Shown here in pieces: positions 30,850 through 41,716 of a DNA stretch of 60,813 bases. The stretch comes from Methanomicrobiales archaeon. Lineage in GTDB: Archaea > Halobacteriota > Methanomicrobia > Methanomicrobiales > Methanospirillaceae. Both the position numbers and the translations under genes were made by a program. The DNA lies in contig JBAXJR010000011.1 of NCBI GenBank assembly GCA_037137755.1, positions 1 to 60,813 on the forward strand, given 5' to 3'. The notes under the pieces were generated by a model that saw only the letters and a list, made by a program, of their open reading frames with translations, was not told the origin of the DNA and did no database searches. Position 1 is the stretch's first letter; each line of letters begins with the position of its first letter.

Positions 30850-31578
30850 ATGTCAGGAAAGAAAACCAATCCTGTTACAATGGAACCTACCAAGAACCCC
30901 GGCTACAAACGTGTCCCCGCCAATTCCAGTCCGGGTGAGTCCCCCTCCGGGAATCCGGCCTGTATACCCCTGACGGGATCAAATTCGGACAAGGCAGCCC
31001 GGCTCTACAGGGAAGTGTTCCTTGCAGATGAACCAACGACACATACCAGATCCCCGGACCCGGAACGGTTCCTTCACTACGCAAAACTATATACCCGGTT
31101 TCTTGCCGGAAAAAATCTCAGTTTCATGGCCCGGGATGAACGGGCACAAACTCTTGCCGGGTTCATTTTCTGTGTTGATATGAAAGAGTCTCTTGAAAGT
31201 GCCGGTGAATGGACCACATTAATAGTTGAGGATTTCAGGGAAGCGATGACCATGATCAATGAACTGGAAAACAGGTACATCAACCTGGCAGATATCTCCC
31301 CGGGATCGGTGCTGCATATATTCCAGGTAGGTCTCGGCCGGAAGTACCGTGGCCATGGGATTGCACAACTCCTGATCCACAGGGCGCTTGCCAATGCACA
31401 GGAAAATGGGTTCAGAAAGGCCTTCGCGGACTGTACCAACCCTGCTTCCCGCCGGTCTTTTGAACGGTGCGGGTTTCATGAAGTTGGATTTTCCTCCTAT
31501 GAAGAGTTCAGCCTGGACGGCGACCGTTATTTTTCGGAATGTGAAGGGGGAATCTGGCTGATGGCCCGGGATATTTGA
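30850..31578 (+). CDS. GNAT family acetyltransferase
   Basis: YRGHGIA acetyl-CoA motif; TNPASRRSFERCGF. Confidence 0.8.
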   Translation: MSGKKTNPVTMEPTKNPGYKRVPANSSPGESPSGNPACIPLTGSNSDKAARLYREVFLADEPTTHTRSPDPERFLHYAKLYTRFLAGKNLSFMARDERAQTLAGFIFCVDMKESLESAGEWTTLIVEDFREAMTMINELENRYINLADISPGSVLHIFQVGLGRKYRGHGIAQLLIHRALANAQENGFRKAFADCTNPASRRSFERCGFHEVGFSSYEEFSLDGDRYFSECEGGIWLMARDI

Positions 31579-31794
31579 GATGCGGAGTCCTGGAAAATGA
31601 ACATTTTATTATGATACATCCTTTGCTATCGGCAGGATTTGTTGATGAAGAGTAAAGATGGCGAAATTGACCCGTTTTAAAGAGCATTTGGGGCGTTTTT
31701 GGAGTTATATGAGCATGGCTGTTTCTTTCCGGGGTAAATCCTATTAAAACACAATAAAAAAACCTATTATCCATAATCGCTCACCTTGTTGCGC

Positions 31795-32040
31795 ATGTTT
31801 AACCCAGGTAAAGACAGTGTACCGGATACGGAAGAGAACCGCCAGATCTGCAGGAAGTACTGCACGATTTGCGAGAACTACAAGCACCATTCACTGGACC
31901 AATATCAGCCGGGGGAACTCTTCTGTGCACGAGGAACATCCTCAGCCCCGTCAATGAAAGAAATAGGTTGCTTCTGCCCGGCCTGCGAGCTCTTTACAAA
32001 GCACCATATCCGCGGTGGATATTGTTGTGTCAGACGCTGA
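31795..32040 (+). CDS. Cys-rich DUF2769-like small protein
   Basis: VPDTEENRQIC..C..C...LFCARG...GCFCPAC pattern typical of methanogen DUF2769 proteins. Confidence 0.7.
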   Translation: MFNPGKDSVPDTEENRQICRKYCTICENYKHHSLDQYQPGELFCARGTSSAPSMKEIGCFCPACELFTKHHIRGGYCCVRR

Positions 32041-32042
32041 CC

Positions 32043-32057
32043 GGTTTTTTCCTTTTT
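32043..32057 (+). terminator. Oligo-T terminator candidate
   Basis: GGTTTTTTCCTTTTT directly after the stop at 32040. Confidence 0.35.
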
Positions 32058-32242
32058 AATTTATCCCCGGGCTTTACCGGAACCCGCCAGATGCCATATC
32101 CTGCCAGGTGATCCTCTTCACTTGTATTTCTGACGTGGCAGGGGAGAGATCGTCAGTTGTCGCCGGTAATGGGGGAGCAATGGCTATGCCTTATTGCCAG
32201 ATTTCATAATGCAGAAGGTCCATAAAATAAAACACGCACGTC

Positions 32243-32728
32243 ATGAATTTCGAAGATATAGAAAGTATCGAGGATTTGGAGACAGTATCAGAGGAAGTGA
32301 TCTGGCAAAATTTTGAACGGTTAACGGCGTTCATCTTCGAAAAAAATGATTTCCGGGTTACCGTAAACACGGTAAAAATATTGAACAAAAAACGAAGGCA
32401 ATTTGATGTTATCGCCAGGAAGGGCAACCAGACGTTTCTGGTAGAATGTAAGAAATGGGCCGGCAACCGCTACCGGTTGTCTGCATTAAAAAAGGCAGTT
32501 GAACAACATAAAGAAAGAACCGCGTTTTATGAAAGTATTACCAATGAGAATGTGATTCCCGTCGTTGTCACCCTCATAGAAGAGGAAATCCGGGTTTATG
32601 AAGGAGTACCGTTAGTGCCTGTTTTGAAACTCAACACCGTTATTAACGAATTTGATAACTACAGTAATGGAACCTCATATAACATGTATGAAGAGGAAAT
32701 ACCCCTGCCAGATGATATGCCAACGTAG
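32243..32728 (+). CDS. Mrr-like PD-(D/E)xK restriction endonuclease domain protein
   Basis: WQNFERL...RQFDVIA...LVECKKW. Confidence 0.8.
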   Translation: MNFEDIESIEDLETVSEEVIWQNFERLTAFIFEKNDFRVTVNTVKILNKKRRQFDVIARKGNQTFLVECKKWAGNRYRLSALKKAVEQHKERTAFYESITNENVIPVVVTLIEEEIRVYEGVPLVPVLKLNTVINEFDNYSNGTSYNMYEEEIPLPDDMPT

Positions 32729-32869
32729 CGGTCACCGGTTGCGTCCGGAAATAATTATCAGGGGGAAAATCTTGCCCTGGAAAATTGTCCATTTCGATGC
32801 CCGTTGACCGGGTTTGCCTGATAAACGCTCATAACCCATCCAACCCCATCCTGCAACAGGGGAGAGAGG

Positions 32870-33297
32870 ATGCCTTGCTATTCAGAGACCGATTCGCACG
32901 AACTGAGGTTGAAAGTCGAGGAGATTGTGCTGGAATGGCCCGGCGTTTCAAAGAAAATGATTTTCGGCTCTCCGGCCTATGTCACTGGAAAAACCTATTT
33001 CACAATGCAGGTGGCAGGGGGATTATCCTTACCCGGCTCACAGGACAAGAGAAGGAACGGTTACACAATGAGTCCGGCGTGGGATATTTCGAATGGCACG
33101 GCCGTGTAATGAAAAAATCGGCCCACATCCCGGTTTCTTCACCATCAGTCATTGAAACCTGTATCCCCTATATCAGGTCGAGTTATGAGAATGCACGGGA
33201 CGAGGCACGTAAGAGCACGGTAATTCTCTTTTCATTCGACAAACCCTGGCAGTTCACGGTTCCAGTAAGTTCCCTCCAACATGCAATCCGGGGATAG
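32870..33297 (+). pseudogene. TfoX-N-like protein, frameshifted
   Basis: WPGVSKKMIFGSPAY...VAGG continues as IILTRL...GRVMKK...YIRSSYE after a shift in the G5 run at 33017-33021. Confidence 0.6.
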
Positions 33298-33386
33298 ATC
33301 ATACCAATAGAAATATCGCCCTGCTTATACGACGATTGGATTTACGCCATAATTTTTATACGCACCGGCACCTAAATCTCTCATCC

Positions 33387-34178
33387 ATGCAAGCAGAACT
33401 GCACCTCGTTGATGCCTTCACCCGCTCCGCGTTCAGCGGCAACACGGCAGGCGTCTGTATCCCGGATGGTCCGGCCGATGCGGCATGGATGCAGCAGGTG
33501 GCAGCTGAGCTGAAGCATTCCGAGACCGCGTTCCTCTTCCCTGAAGGTGCGAACTGGAACCTTCGGTGGTTCACTCCCGGGAAGGAAGTGGAATTATGCG
33601 GACATGCTACACTCGCCGCTGCATCGGTGCTCTGGGAGACCGGTCGAGTTTCCCGGGAGAGCCCTATCACCTTTGAGACTCTCTCCGGTGACCTGGTTAT
33701 CCGGCAGGACGAAGACTGGATCAGCATGGACTTCCCGGCAGAACCGGCAGTCGCATCCATGCCAGTGCCAGGTCTTGACCAGGCGCTTGGGATCGAGCCG
33801 TTGTATACCGGCCGGAACCGGTTCGATATCCTGGTGGAACTGCCACTCGCGGATGATGTCTGTAGTCTCGAACCCGATATAAACGCCCTCACCGCTATCC
33901 GGGCCCGGGGAATCATCGTTACGGCTGTTTCAGATCTCCCGCATATCGACTTCGTCTCCCGGTTCTTTGCACCATCCGTTGGCGTGCCCGAAGATCCGGT
34001 GACCGGCTCAGCCCACTGCTGCCTTGCGCCTTACTGGGGAGAGAAATTAAAAAAGACGGAGATGGTCGGGTTCCAGTGCTCGGCCCGGGGAGGGTCGGTC
34101 CGCATGATACTGAAAGGAGGCCGCGTTATCCTCGAGGGCCACGCGGTCCATGTCTTCTCAGGAAAACTTCTCGTATGA
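33387..34178 (+). CDS. PhzF family isomerase/epimerase
   Basis: VDAFT, SETAF, LRWFTP..EVELCGHATLA, EDPVTGSAH. Confidence 0.93.
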   Translation: MQAELHLVDAFTRSAFSGNTAGVCIPDGPADAAWMQQVAAELKHSETAFLFPEGANWNLRWFTPGKEVELCGHATLAAASVLWETGRVSRESPITFETLSGDLVIRQDEDWISMDFPAEPAVASMPVPGLDQALGIEPLYTGRNRFDILVELPLADDVCSLEPDINALTAIRARGIIVTAVSDLPHIDFVSRFFAPSVGVPEDPVTGSAHCCLAPYWGEKLKKTEMVGFQCSARGGSVRMILKGGRVILEGHAVHVFSGKLLV

Positions 34179-34264
34179 ATTTTTTTTAAATAACACACGG
34201 GGGAATGCGGAAATTTCAAAAAAGGTGATTAGACGGATAACGTCCAAATCCCCCAAAATTTATA

Positions 34265-34912
34265 TCATCGACGTTCGGCAAGCAGATAAACCGCCTTGTG
34301 CGGGTAGGGCTTCCCGGGGACATCAATCGTTTTTTGGTCCTTTATGATAAATTCCGGGGAAAACAGGTCCCGGATTTCTTCTTCAGACGAGAAGTAGAGG
34401 GTCGTTCCCGCCGGTGTGGGACGATATTTTCCGCTGCCGCCGAACTGTGGGTCCAGTTCGGAAAAGCAAACAGAAAGGTAGCGTGCTCCCGTGTTGAGGA
34501 GCCTGCAGAGGTTCCGGACATAGGTCGCACGGTCTTCGGGATATATCGTGTGCAAAACTTCCCAGTCGAAGCCGAAGTCAAATTTTCCCCGTATCTCATG
34601 CAGGTCCCCAAGGAGATCCCCGGTAACAAACATGCACAGGACACCCCGTTTTTCCGCGTTTTCTCTTGCGATCGAAATCGCCGTCGGTGAACTATCGATC
34701 CCTGTGACGTCAAATCCAAGACCGGCCAGGTACATGGCATAGTTGCCAGTCCCACAACCGAGGTCAATGGTCTTGCAGGGACTGACTTTCCCGCTCTTTA
34801 CGAGACTGGCAAGGGCATACGGCGGGGTCTCACAGTTCCAGGGAATTGTATCAAGCGGGGTAGTCTGGTAGAGCCTGTCGACGTCATATTTCATACTCTT
34901 ACTGATCGACAC
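34265..34912 (-). CDS. Class I SAM-dependent methyltransferase (TPMT/TehB-like)
   Basis: IPW motif; DLGCGTG; VTGIDSS. Confidence 0.88.
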   Translation of the reverse strand: MSISKSMKYDVDRLYQTTPLDTIPWNCETPPYALASLVKSGKVSPCKTIDLGCGTGNYAMYLAGLGFDVTGIDSSPTAISIARENAEKRGVLCMFVTGDLLGDLHEIRGKFDFGFDWEVLHTIYPEDRATYVRNLCRLLNTGARYLSVCFSELDPQFGGSGKYRPTPAGTTLYFSSEEEIRDLFSPEFIIKDQKTIDVPGKPYPHKAVYLLAERR

Positions 34913-35088
34913 GAAATAGATAATAGTAGTGCCAGGCAGCCGTCGCCTGGAATCTGCTACAAATTGAAACCTGGATGGTCAGACACCAGCTTGAAACCAA
35001 TGCCGGACCCCGGACATCCATATTTTGAAACACCGGGATATGTTGTTAAATATCTGAAATGAAGGAACGGGGAACAGCAGGTGAAAAA

Positions 35089-35363
35089 ATGCCAAAATCT
35101 GAAACAAAGATAAAATAGGTCTGATAATCATCACCCGCACCTTTGATGCTCCCCGGGGGTTCGTCTGGAAAGCATTCACCGACCCGGCCTTAATGGGACG
35201 CTGGTGGGGCCAAAAGGGTACACAGCACCGGTTAAAAAAACCGACCTTCGCGTCGGGGGGGAGATACCTGTATTGCATGCGATCTTCCGAAGGCCATGAT
35301 ATCTGGAGCACCGGTGTATTCCGCGAGAGATTACTTCAGATTTCGATACTGGTCAAGGAATGA
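35089..35363 (+). pseudogene. SRPBCC/AHSA1 domain gene relic
   Basis: Not in the ORF track. IITRTFDAPRGFVWKAFTDP..MGRWWG / KGYTAPV..DLRVGGRYLYCMRS.EG..IWSTGVFRE, with 1-nt shifts at about 35106 and 35210 and a 3' truncation. Confidence 0.8.
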
Positions 35364-35454
35364 TAGAAAGGGATTAATGAAAAAGCTACATCCCTCACTT
35401 TCACCCCGCATCCCCCACCAGCTTATATCCCGCACAAGTCCAAAAGAATGGTAG

Positions 35455-36618
35455 ATGAAGATCGTCCACATCGCCGATACCCACCTTGGTCTCGCCGCCT
35501 TCAACCGCCTCGACCCGGAGAGCGGGATGAACCTCCGCGAGAAGCAGATCTATGATAATTTCCTGTCGGCAGTGGACAAAATAATCGAAGCAAAACCCGA
35601 TGTCCTCGTCCATGCTGGTGACCTTTTTGACACGGTGAAACCGAAGACCCGGGCCTACACGACCGTGCTCGAAGCTCTGGAGCGGCTCCATTGCGCAGGG
35701 ATCCCGTTTATCGTCATCGCGGGGAACCACAGCATGGTGAAGACCCGCTATACGGCATCACCTTTTGAAGTCCTCTCGTACCACCATTCGAGGATCAAGA
35801 CTGCCTACCGCTTCCGGTACGAGCATGTAGAGATCGGTGACACGGTCTTCCACCTGATCCCGAACATGCTCAGGCCCGAGGACTACCGGGTTGCGTATGA
35901 CCAGGTCGAGATCGCGAAAGACCACCACAATGTTCTGGTGACCCACGGTCTTGCGTCGGCCATCAAGGACAAGCGGCTTGCGACCGTCGCAGAACACGAG
36001 CTGGACAGCACGATCCTTTCTGACCGGTTCGACTATATCGCTCTCGGCCACTATCACCGGCAGGTGCAGATTACCGACAATGGGTGGTACTCGGGATCGC
36101 CGGAATTCATGGCATACGGTGAAATTGCCGATACGAAAGGAGGGCTCCTTGTTGACCTGGATCATCAGTCGGATAAGGCAGTTTCCGCTGCGGTCAGCCA
36201 TTTTGCACTCCCGAAGACACCGATGGTCGACCTCGGGACGATCCCGTGCGAAGGTGTGCATGTCGGAGATATCACATCCGAGATTATCGCCCGGATAACC
36301 GACCGGTGCATCCCGCCGTTATCGATGGTGCAGGTGACCCTTGATGGCATGTCCCGCGAACATGGGAAAGGGATCGATCTGAAGGAACTTGCCGGGGTGA
36401 AGGAGAAACTGCTCGACCTGAAAATCCGGTCAGCGACGAAAGACCAGGGAGAGATCTCCCCGCTGCAGCAGGATGTAAAAGCGATCGATTACCTGCAGGA
36501 ATTCTCTTCATTCGTCGGCAAACAACAGATGAGTGCCCGACAGAGGGAATATGTCGCCGAGTGCGGTCTTGACCTGTTGCGGACCGTCATGGAAGATCAC
36601 AAGGGGGATTCGGATTGA
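35455..36618 (+). CDS. mre11: DNA double-strand break repair nuclease Mre11
   Basis: HIADTHLG, HAGDLFD, IAGNH, ALGHYH, YSGSPE; first gene of the mre11-rad50-nurA-herA operon. Confidence 0.93.
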   Translation: MKIVHIADTHLGLAAFNRLDPESGMNLREKQIYDNFLSAVDKIIEAKPDVLVHAGDLFDTVKPKTRAYTTVLEALERLHCAGIPFIVIAGNHSMVKTRYTASPFEVLSYHHSRIKTAYRFRYEHVEIGDTVFHLIPNMLRPEDYRVAYDQVEIAKDHHNVLVTHGLASAIKDKRLATVAEHELDSTILSDRFDYIALGHYHRQVQITDNGWYSGSPEFMAYGEIADTKGGLLVDLDHQSDKAVSAAVSHFALPKTPMVDLGTIPCEGVHVGDITSEIIARITDRCIPPLSMVQVTLDGMSREHGKGIDLKELAGVKEKLLDLKIRSATKDQGEISPLQQDVKAIDYLQEFSSFVGKQQMSARQREYVAECGLDLLRTVMEDHKGDSD

Positions 36619-39053
36619 TCATCGACCGTATCATCCTGAAAAACTTCAAACGGTTCCGGGACGAGGAAATCCGGTTCAAAGACGGGATCACCGGTATTGT
36701 CGGCAACAACGGGACAGGAAAAAGCAGCATCGTCGAAGCCATCCTGTTCGCCCTCTACGGTGTGCAGGCAACAGGAATTTCAGCGGACTATATCGTCTCA
36801 TCTTTTGCGTCCTCGAAGGAAAACTGTGAAGTCAGGCTGGAATTCCGGATCGGCGGTGACAGCTACACAGTCATCCGCAGCTTTAAAAAAGGAAAGGCGG
36901 TGCAGCACGATGCACGGTTCTACCGGGGGACATCACTCCGGGCGGCAGGGGTGAGCCAGGTCGAGACCGAAGTCCGGCGGACGCTCGGCATGGGACCGGT
37001 CGATTTCAGGAATACTATCTATGCCGCCCAGAAAGACCTCTTGACACTACTCGAAAACACACCCGGAAAGCGTAAGGAATGGTTCCTCAAGGCGCTCGGC
37101 ATCGATTTCCTGAAGACCGCGAGCGAGAAACTTCTCAAGGAGCGGATCGATAAAAAAGAGAACGAGCTCCGGACGAAAGAGGGGGAGCTGGGGGGTCTTG
37201 AGGGGAGACAGGACCCTGAAGAACTGAACACGCTCCGGTCATCGGTCGTCACGTTCCAGGCTGCGATCGGGGAAATGTACAAGCAACGTGAATGCCACCT
37301 CCGGAAGAAGTCAGAGGTCTCGGCAAAACTGGCCCTATTCTCCGAGAAAAAAACACAATATACCCGCCTGGTTGAACAACAGAAGTCCCTCGTCAATGAG
37401 ACCCTTGGACTCGAACGACAGAGGGACCAGGTCAAGGCTCAGTTCTCCACGCTCGCGGGACTCGAACTGGAATATGTACAGCTGGAGCAGCGTGTCAGCC
37501 TTCTCGATGAGAAAAGAAAACAGCTCGAATCAGTCCGGAAACAGAAGGCTGAATCTGATCAGCTCAAGGCGGAACTGAGGTTTCTGGAAACGGATTCTGC
37601 GAATTTCAAGGCCATAGTTGATAATACCCGGGTGAAGATCGCGGTGTTTGACGAGGACGCAAAACGGCTCGCATCGCTCCGGAACGGTATCAGGTCGCTG
37701 ATGCAAATCGGACCGGATATTCCCGACAGCGACCTGGAAAAGGTGATCACGCAATGGGAAGCCGTGTTAATCCATACGGTTGGGACTCTTTCGGCCCGGG
37801 TAGCGAATATCGAAACCAGGAAGAAAAAACTCAATGCAGACTGGAATACGATAAAAAATGCCGGTACAGATGGCGTGTGCCCGCTCTGCCGGCAAACATT
37901 AGGGAAGCACTACGCCAGTATTGATGATGAGTTCACGACCCGGCTTGAACAGATCGAACAGGAAGAATTGCAGGTACGGGAGGAGCAGGCCAGGATTGCG
38001 GTGGAGAAAAACAGGATCGCGGACCAGAAACCGGCCCTCCACGAGATACGGTCAATCTCTGATAAATTGAAGGCACGGGAAGCAACCGAAACCGATCTAC
38101 AGGAACGGGTTGCACAATTGGAGGCCAAAGAGATTGCCCTTCGAACGCTCATCGCCAGGATTACGTCGCACGGGTACGACGAGTCTGCATTCGCAAAGGC
38201 TGAAAAGGACGTGAAAGACCTTGAACAAGTCCACCTTCGTTATGTCGATCTCGGGAAGAAGATCGCCCAGGGTGCAGTACTCAGGCAGCAGGTGACCGAG
38301 CTTGAAACCAAGGTGGCAGATAAACAAAAGGAACTGGAAGTTCTTAAAACCGCCATCAACCTGGCAGCATTTGACCCCGGGATTGGTATAACTCTTGACC
38401 AGGCACTTGCCGGGGCCGAGTCCGCCATTCGCAATGCAGAGACCGAGCTCGCGAGAACTTCTGAACGTCTTACCTATGCCAATGAAAAAATCGCAAGACA
38501 CGAGAAAGAGATGGCAGCAATCGAGGGTCTCCGGCAACAGGTCGCGACCTTAAAAGAAGAGATCAACCTCCTCAGACTGACCCGGACGGTGATCGGCGAT
38601 TACGTCATCTACCTCATGCAGGTCGTCAGAAGCCGGATCGAAGGGGAAGTCAGCCGGATCATCAGCGAGATCACCAGCGGACGGTACGAACAGGTGCTGC
38701 TCGACGAGGACTTCAACCTCCTCGTCCGGGATATCGACAACGATTACGGGATCGATCGGTTCAGCGGTGGGGAACAGGACGATATTGCGGTTGCACTCCG
38801 CATCGCCCTTTCCCGCTACCTTGCCGAGCTCCACCAGGTGCACGAGAGCACGCTCCTGATCTTTGACGAGATCTTCGGGAGTCAGGACGAGGAACGCAGG
38901 ACAAAACTCCTGACCGCGTTGAGGACACAGGAGTCCAGGTTCCCGCAGATCCTCCTGATCTCACACATCTCTGAAATGCAGGGCGAATTCACGAATACCC
39001 TTGTCGTGGAGATGGGAACTGACCAGTCGAGCAATGTTAAGGAGCTGGCATAA
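36615..39053 (+). CDS. rad50: DNA double-strand break repair ATPase Rad50
   Basis: Walker A GNNGTGKS, long coiled coil with CPLC zinc hook, signature FSGGE, Walker B LIFDE. Confidence 0.94.
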   Translation: MIIDRIILKNFKRFRDEEIRFKDGITGIVGNNGTGKSSIVEAILFALYGVQATGISADYIVSSFASSKENCEVRLEFRIGGDSYTVIRSFKKGKAVQHDARFYRGTSLRAAGVSQVETEVRRTLGMGPVDFRNTIYAAQKDLLTLLENTPGKRKEWFLKALGIDFLKTASEKLLKERIDKKENELRTKEGELGGLEGRQDPEELNTLRSSVVTFQAAIGEMYKQRECHLRKKSEVSAKLALFSEKKTQYTRLVEQQKSLVNETLGLERQRDQVKAQFSTLAGLELEYVQLEQRVSLLDEKRKQLESVRKQKAESDQLKAELRFLETDSANFKAIVDNTRVKIAVFDEDAKRLASLRNGIRSLMQIGPDIPDSDLEKVITQWEAVLIHTVGTLSARVANIETRKKKLNADWNTIKNAGTDGVCPLCRQTLGKHYASIDDEFTTRLEQIEQEELQVREEQARIAVEKNRIADQKPALHEIRSISDKLKAREATETDLQERVAQLEAKEIALRTLIARITSHGYDESAFAKAEKDVKDLEQVHLRYVDLGKKIAQGAVLRQQVTELETKVADKQKELEVLKTAINLAAFDPGIGITLDQALAGAESAIRNAETELARTSERLTYANEKIARHEKEMAAIEGLRQQVATLKEEINLLRLTRTVIGDYVIYLMQVVRSRIEGEVSRIISEITSGRYEQVLLDEDFNLLVRDIDNDYGIDRFSGGEQDDIAVALRIALSRYLAELHQVHESTLLIFDEIFGSQDEERRTKLLTALRTQESRFPQILLISHISEMQGEFTNTLVVEMGTDQSSNVKELA

Positions 39054-40082
39054 ATGCCGCACGATCCCGAATACGATGCCGCAGTGAACACCGCTATTGA
39101 CAAGATCCAGGCAACGATTCCAAAAAATCTTGTACAGAAATTCAGGGCAGAAAGCAAGATCACCCGGGGCGATTTCCAGGCCTGTAACCCGGGCGACTGT
39201 GGAGAGATATGTGCCATCGACGGGAGCAATGTCATGCTCCTCGAATCGGGAAGCATGGCCCTCGTCCTCTTCCGGGCCGCCCAGAGCACGTTCATGAACC
39301 TCGAACGTACCCGGAGATCGTTAACTCCGTTAACATTTTCCATGATCGGTCCCGGCGTGGAAAACCAGGACTTCCCTCGTCTCTACAAGGACTGTTTCAG
39401 CGTGGTCCCCGGGACCCCGGTGGAAAACGAGGACCGGACCCGGGCCGCCTCCATCCTCCGGGATACGGTCGAATACTGGGTCACGGAGACCATGGCGGGG
39501 TCGCTTGGTTCCGGCGCACTGCTCCTGCGGGACGGCCCCCTCCGTGTCTCCCACGCAAGCCACGACCCGGTCCTTACGAGGATAGAGAATACCTGCAGGC
39601 TCAGGGATATCGGCCTTGCAGGGGTCTCCAAGCGGACAACTGCAACCTGGGGCGGCGGCCATCCTATCCTCCCTTCGGTGAATGGGCTTGCAAAAGAGCT
39701 CGGGGTGAAAGCTCCCTGGTGGATCTGGGTCGATACTGAAATGCTCGACCATGCCCAGTTCCCCCAGTGGCAGCATGGCCAGATGTACATCGCCTGCCTG
39801 CACCCGCGGGCAAAATCCCCGTTGAAAATTGACCTCCCGGTGGAGACCTCAGCATCTTCTGTCCGGAAGGTTATGGACCGGCTCGCTGCCTGCTCTGGTG
39901 ACGGTCGGATACCCGGGTACCCGTACCCCCTCTTTGATGCCCACCGCACCGTTGTCCTCACCGAGGAGATCGTAGAGCAGGTCAGGTCTGACCTGATGCG
40001 CCGGATCGCGGATACTGGCATAGAACGACATACTTTTGATATCCTGTTCGGAGATTACCATGATGAATTTGCACGATACTGA
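39054..40082 (+). CDS. nurA: DNA double-strand break repair nuclease NurA
   Basis: AIDGS, LLRDGPL, GVSKRT, PGYPYPLFDAH. Confidence 0.9.
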   Translation: MPHDPEYDAAVNTAIDKIQATIPKNLVQKFRAESKITRGDFQACNPGDCGEICAIDGSNVMLLESGSMALVLFRAAQSTFMNLERTRRSLTPLTFSMIGPGVENQDFPRLYKDCFSVVPGTPVENEDRTRAASILRDTVEYWVTETMAGSLGSGALLLRDGPLRVSHASHDPVLTRIENTCRLRDIGLAGVSKRTTATWGGGHPILPSVNGLAKELGVKAPWWIWVDTEMLDHAQFPQWQHGQMYIACLHPRAKSPLKIDLPVETSASSVRKVMDRLAACSGDGRIPGYPYPLFDAHRTVVLTEEIVEQVRSDLMRRIADTGIERHTFDILFGDYHDEFARY

Positions 40083-41679
40083 TACCACAGACCCTTCAAA
40101 ATACCGGCTGGTTGGGAAAAGCGTCCTCGGCTACCGTTTCATAGCACCCTATGACGCAACCCTCTATATAGGGGACATCAAGAAGATCACCGACAAAACC
40201 AAGAACGTCACGTTCTTTGCAAAAATCACCGATCTTTCCCATGACAGCAACTTCGCCGACAACCGCTGGGACACCAGGGTCTATGCTGAGAAGTTCTACG
40301 GCCTGGGCGAGGACGTGTTCATCGGGGTCGATGCGGTCCCACTCGGGTTCGTCGATAGTACGGGTAATTTCCACAAGCCAAGGACGATCCCATCCAAATT
40401 CTCAACGGTTGATGACCCGAATGCAGAGGACTTCGGGTTCCTCACCAGACAAATGGGTGAGATCGAAGTCGGCTACATGCGGAGCGGCCAGGATATTATC
40501 AGGGAAGTGGCAGTCCGTATCCCGGCAAAAGTCCTTCCCCAGCACATGGGTGTCTTCGCGACGACCGGCATGGGCAAGAGCAATTTTATGAAAACCTTCT
40601 GTGCCTCGTGCATGAAACACCAGAAATTCGGGCTCCTGATCGTAGACCCGCACGGGGAATATGTACGCGGCGGGAAGTCATCGACAGGGGAACCGACCAA
40701 GGGACTTGTCCATTATACAGAAGGGAGGGACGGGCTCGCTATATTCACAATCCGTGGCGAGAACGACCGCAAGCGGTACGGGATGAACACGCTCTTCCTT
40801 GAATACGACGATTTCCGGATCAGCGACCTCTCCATCCTCCACGACCTTACCGGGCCTCAGCACGACATCGTCGAGGCATTCGCCGACGTAAAAGGAAAAG
40901 ATATCATTGAATACTTCCAGGGGGTCGACCCGGCGATCTTCCCAATAAAAGATATTCTTGCTGCGGGTGTGAAAGAGGGGAGCATGTCATGGAAGATACG
41001 AAACTCCATGGGTGGACCGGTGATGGTGATAAAACGGTACATCGACAACCTCGTCAACGGCAACAAGGCCTTTTTCCGCCCGCAGGGGTCATCGGTCCCC
41101 GATATCCTCTTAAACCTCCATGATAACCGTGTTGTCCTAATCGATATCCCCGACATGAGCGAGCGGAGCGAATTGTTCGTCCTCTCGATAATCACACGGA
41201 TGATCATGGAGAAACACCGCTCCGAGGCGCGGAGCTTCGGGATCGACGACCGGCACGGAGCCTCCCACCAGGTCCTGATCACGATCGAGGAAGCACAGCG
41301 GGTACTCGCAAGCGGGGGGTCTTCCACGCAGGTATTCCGGGAATGTGCAATGGAAGGTCGGAAATTCGGTGTCGGGCTCTGCGTCGTGACCCAGCAGCCG
41401 AAAAACATCGACCCCAAGGTACTCGCCCAGATTAACACCTTCGTCGTCATGGGCCTCGGTGACCGTGGCGACCGCGATATCATCATGGGCAGTGCCAAAC
41501 AGGACCTCTCGAGAATGGAGATCGAGATCCAGACCCTTGACCGGGGCGAAGCGATCATCAGCACGATCGGCATCCCGTTCCCGGTCAGCACCCGGATCCA
41601 CCGGTTCGAGGACTACATCGCGGAACTCAACCAGGAAAAGAAACAGAAGATAACCGACGGGCTCGACACCGGGTTCTAA
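40060..41679 (+). CDS. herA: HerA helicase/translocase
   Basis: HMGVFATTGMGKS, VDPHGEY, IEEAQR, EGRKFGVGLCVVTQQP. Confidence 0.92.
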   Translation: MMNLHDTDTTDPSKYRLVGKSVLGYRFIAPYDATLYIGDIKKITDKTKNVTFFAKITDLSHDSNFADNRWDTRVYAEKFYGLGEDVFIGVDAVPLGFVDSTGNFHKPRTIPSKFSTVDDPNAEDFGFLTRQMGEIEVGYMRSGQDIIREVAVRIPAKVLPQHMGVFATTGMGKSNFMKTFCASCMKHQKFGLLIVDPHGEYVRGGKSSTGEPTKGLVHYTEGRDGLAIFTIRGENDRKRYGMNTLFLEYDDFRISDLSILHDLTGPQHDIVEAFADVKGKDIIEYFQGVDPAIFPIKDILAAGVKEGSMSWKIRNSMGGPVMVIKRYIDNLVNGNKAFFRPQGSSVPDILLNLHDNRVVLIDIPDMSERSELFVLSIITRMIMEKHRSEARSFGIDDRHGASHQVLITIEEAQRVLASGGSSTQVFRECAMEGRKFGVGLCVVTQQPKNIDPKVLAQINTFVVMGLGDRGDRDIIMGSAKQDLSRMEIEIQTLDRGEAIISTIGIPFPVSTRIHRFEDYIAELNQEKKQKITDGLDTGF

Positions 41680-41716
41680 AAAAAATAAATCTACTAAAAT
41701 CAGACTCGAGAAAGGA

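Noticed and set aside
34979-35311. 110-aa minus-strand ORF
   Set aside because: Antisense to the SRPBCC relic that is clearly recognisable on the plus strand.
35455-41679. HerA plus nuclease as a novel anti-phage system
   Set aside because: Gene set and motifs match the canonical archaeal mre11-rad50-nurA-herA repair operon.
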